Below are positions 46,707 through 49,109 of a stretch of 49,109 bases of DNA, piece by piece. Each line of letters opens with the position of its first letter. Positions within the stretch are counted from its first letter, which is position 1. The position numbers were made by a program, and so were the translations under genes. Source of the DNA: an uncultured SAR324 cluster bacterium. GTDB lineage: Bacteria; SAR324; NAC60-12. A model generated the notes under the pieces. That model did no database searches. It was not told the origin of the DNA and was given only the letters and a program-made list of their open reading frames with translations. The stretch covers positions 1-49,109 of the forward strand of contig CACFAY010000006.1 in NCBI GenBank assembly GCA_902564345.1, in the 5' to 3' direction.

Positions 46707-48077
46707 TTAGCACTCAGGCAAATTAACTGCAAGACCGCCTAATGAGGTTTCCTTGTAATGTTGGAGCATATCCTTCCCTGTTTTATGCATTGTAGCAATA
46801 ACTCTATCCAGCGAAATAATATGATTCCCATCCCCTCTCTTGGCAAGCCTTGCGGCATTAATTGCCTTTATTGCACCCATTGTGTTTCGTTCAATGCAGG
46901 GAATCTGAACCAAACCTCCTACAGGGTCACAGGTTAGTCCAAGATTATGTTCCATGCCAATTTCTGCGGCATTGGCAATTTGACTAAGTGTACAGTCCAT
47001 AATTGCAGCGAGGCCACCTGCTGCCATAGAACACGCAACTCCAACTTCTCCTTGACACCCAACTTCTGCTGCGGATATAGAAGCACCCTCTTTGAATAAA
47101 ATTCCTATTGCTCCTGCTGTTAGTAAAAAATTTATAATTTTGTCTTCATCGAAATCTGTTCTGAAACGACTGCAATAATGCATTACAGCTGGAATTACTC
47201 CGCCTCCTCCATTAGTTGGGGCTGTAACCATACGACCACCAGCAGCGTTTTCTTCATTGACTGCTATAGCAAATAAACTTACCCAGTCCATAACCTCTGA
47301 AGGTGATGAGTCTGGTTTTTCTATTAATTCTTTGTATAATAATGGAGCGCGTCGGCGTACATTCAATCCCCCCGGAAGTAGGTTTTCTTTAGAGGCCATT
47401 CCTCTTTTTGTACATTCCTGCATTACACTCCAAATATTTAACAATCCTTCCCTAATTTCAGATTCAGTGCGCCAGGTCTGCTCATTTTTCCACATTAATT
47501 CCTGACAGTTCATTCCTGTTCTTTCACAGTGTGTAAAAAGTTCTTCCCAAGTATTAAAAGGGAATGGAGTTTGAATTGTTTTAATTTCAACTTCATTTTG
47601 GATCTCATCACTGTTCAGAATAAATCCTCCTCCAATTGAATAAAATTCTTGTTCGTGAAGAACATTGCGGTCAGTATCAAAAACTGTGAAACGCATTCCA
47701 TTTGAATGATGAGGCAAAAATTCATCATGATTGAAGATTAAGGAGTTTTTCTCTTCAAAAGGAATACAGTGCTCATTCATCAGGTTAAGTGTCTTATTTC
47801 TATTTATTAGATCAAGACGGACAGGAATTTGTTCTGTATCAATTGAAGAAGGCTCATTCCCCTCTAATCCCATCAAAACAGCTCTATCAGTCCCATGACC
47901 CTTCCCAGTAAGAGCAAGTGACCCATATAACTCAATCTTAAGTGAAGCAATTTTTTTAAGAGGTAACTTTTCCATGTAGTTAAACAAAAATTGTTTTGCC
48001 GCGAACATTGGGCCTACAGTATGAGAACTTGAGGGGCCTATCCCTATTTTGAAAAGGTCAAATACACTAATATTCAT
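46707..48077 (-). CDS. sdaA: L-serine ammonia-lyase (Fe-S dependent)
   Basis: SVFDLFKIGIGPSSSHTVGPM, YSIGGGF, AVNEENAAGG..VTAPTNG, AEVGCQGEVG, GLTCDPV.GLVQIPCIERN, YKETS.GGLA. Confidence 0.96.
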   Translation of the reverse strand: MNISVFDLFKIGIGPSSSHTVGPMFAAKQFLFNYMEKLPLKKIASLKIELYGSLALTGKGHGTDRAVLMGLEGNEPSSIDTEQIPVRLDLINRNKTLNLMNEHCIPFEEKNSLIFNHDEFLPHHSNGMRFTVFDTDRNVLHEQEFYSIGGGFILNSDEIQNEVEIKTIQTPFPFNTWEELFTHCERTGMNCQELMWKNEQTWRTESEIREGLLNIWSVMQECTKRGMASKENLLPGGLNVRRRAPLLYKELIEKPDSSPSEVMDWVSLFAIAVNEENAAGGRMVTAPTNGGGGVIPAVMHYCSRFRTDFDEDKIINFLLTAGAIGILFKEGASISAAEVGCQGEVGVACSMAAGGLAAIMDCTLSQIANAAEIGMEHNLGLTCDPVGGLVQIPCIERNTMGAIKAINAARLAKRGDGNHIISLDRVIATMHKTGKDMLQHYKETSLGGLAVNLPEC

Positions 48078-48100
48078 TTTCTATATTTATCTTAAATATA

Positions 48101-49006
48101 CTATGTACGTTTTACTCGAAGACGTCTTTTTTGTCTTCTTCCACCTGTTTCACTTAAAGAGACTGGCTGTCTGAATCTTTTTATCCATCTTACACAGTTA
48201 GGATCATTCCCCATCATTACATCAGCTCCCATTACTGCCTGCATAACTGAGTCGTGTATAGGGTTTGTTATTGCAGAGGTAAGACCGGAGGCAATAGCCA
48301 TTGTTAGGAAGGCGCTGTTAATTCCATTACGATTTGGTAATCCAAAACTAACGTTAGATGCACCACAAGTAGTGTTTACTTTTAATTCTTCCTGTAAACG
48401 CCTTACTAGCCTTATGACCTGCATTCCTGCTGAGTTTAGTGCTCCGATTGGCATAACTAGTGGGTCCACAACTATGTCTGAGCTAGAAATACCGAAATCT
48501 TTAGCACGATTAACTATTTTTTTTGCTACTTCAAAGCGTATGTCTGGGTCCTCTGATATACCCGTTTCATCATTGGAAATTGCAACAACCGCACAACCAT
48601 ATTTTTTGACGAGAGGCAAAACTGATTCAAGTCTTTCTTCTTCACCAGTTACAGAATTCAATAAGGCCTTACCTTGATAAACTTCCAATCCTGCTTGAAG
48701 GGCCGCAACGATTGATGAGTCAATAGAAAGAGGCAGGTCTGTAATTTTTTGAACTAGTTTAATTGTGTCAGCAAGAATTTTTGGTTCATCTGCAAGAGGA
48801 ATTCCGGCATTAACATCTAGCATATGTGCTCCTGCAGCTACTTGAGCATGAGTATCCTGCTCCACTCTACTAAAATCACCTTTTGCCATTTCCTCTGATA
48901 GCAATTTTCTACCGGTTGGATTTATTCTTTCGCCAATTATTACGAAAGGCTGATCAAATCCTATAATAACCTCTTTTGTTGCGGAACTAATTACGGTTTT
49001 AGTCAT
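48101..49006 (-). CDS. Methyltetrahydrofolate:corrinoid methyltransferase (stand-alone pterin-binding domain)
   Basis: IIGERINPTGRK, LDVNAG, LSIDSS, NSVTGE, DPLVMP, CGASNVSFGLP. Confidence 0.88.
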   Translation of the reverse strand: MTKTVISSATKEVIIGFDQPFVIIGERINPTGRKLLSEEMAKGDFSRVEQDTHAQVAAGAHMLDVNAGIPLADEPKILADTIKLVQKITDLPLSIDSSIVAALQAGLEVYQGKALLNSVTGEEERLESVLPLVKKYGCAVVAISNDETGISEDPDIRFEVAKKIVNRAKDFGISSSDIVVDPLVMPIGALNSAGMQVIRLVRRLQEELKVNTTCGASNVSFGLPNRNGINSAFLTMAIASGLTSAITNPIHDSVMQAVMGADVMMGNDPNCVRWIKRFRQPVSLSETGGRRQKRRLRVKRT

Positions 49007-49024
49007 TTAAGTTATATAATATTT

Positions 49025-49109
49025 TCAAGTTTGTTTGATATTAAGGCCTTTGTTTTTAACAATTTCTTTCAAGATATGATTAGTGTACTTTTGCTCCAGT
49101 TCTTCAGCT
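49025..49109 (-). CDS. 3' end of an upstream CDS truncated by the window edge (identity uncertain)
   Basis: Hand translation ...AEELEQKYTNHILKEIVKNKGLNIKQT* with TGA at 49025-49027, 18 nt before the methyltransferase start. Confidence 0.45.
   Translation of the reverse strand, partial: AEELEQKYTNHILKEIVKNKGLNIKQT

Noticed and set aside
2623-48677. Dozens of short overlapping or antisense ORFs in the six-frame track (e.g. 4051..4422, 21505..21981, 29059..29454, 46067..46492)
   Set aside because: They lie within well-supported genes, show no motifs or RBS, and are expected shadow ORFs
1-49109. tRNA/rRNA genes, CRISPR arrays, IS elements, prophage or known defence systems
   Set aside because: No cloverleaf or rRNA signatures, regularly spaced repeats, terminal inverted repeats, transposase/integrase or phage genes were seen; all intergenic gaps are about 500 nt or less and AT-rich

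Overview
AT-rich, densely coding bacterial chromosome segment. Gene content and style suggest a marine heterotroph such as the SAR324 clade, but that assignment is an inference. No rRNA, tRNA, CRISPR array, transposase, integrase or phage gene was recognised. From left to right: a Liv-type ABC permease (truncated at the window edge) and a binding protein of probable aromatic-acid type; a Zn-ribbon/TM/HExxH protein; a gabD-moaD-AOR (tungsten aldehyde oxidoreductase family) unit; a sulfoacetate-type island (sauT, sauS, TauE exporter, divergent TctCBA transporter, MFS); a lone sucD; two hypotheticals, an EEP hydrolase and mtaB; an aerobic benzoyl-CoA cluster (boxC, boxB, benzoate-CoA ligase) with no boxA; AlkB plus DUF1643; pterin carbinolamine dehydratase, a molybdopterin oxidoreductase and a SAM methyltransferase; a LysE gene broken by one in-frame TAA. 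The last ~18 kb is a minus-strand methylated-amine/C1 cluster: dimethylglycine dehydrogenase-like, EtfAB, a rearranged Sox/Mgd-like heterotetramer interrupted by a GNAT, a second FAD oxidoreductase, ProXp-ala, folB, fhs, DMT, sdaA and a methyl-THF:corrinoid methyltransferase. The best novelty candidates are the Sox/Mgd-like complex whose alpha subunit keeps a four-Cys BFD-like Fe-S motif, the AlkB-DUF1643 pair with UDG-like motifs, the AOR unit, and the boxA-less box cluster. All functional calls come from motif recognition by eye; no searches were run.
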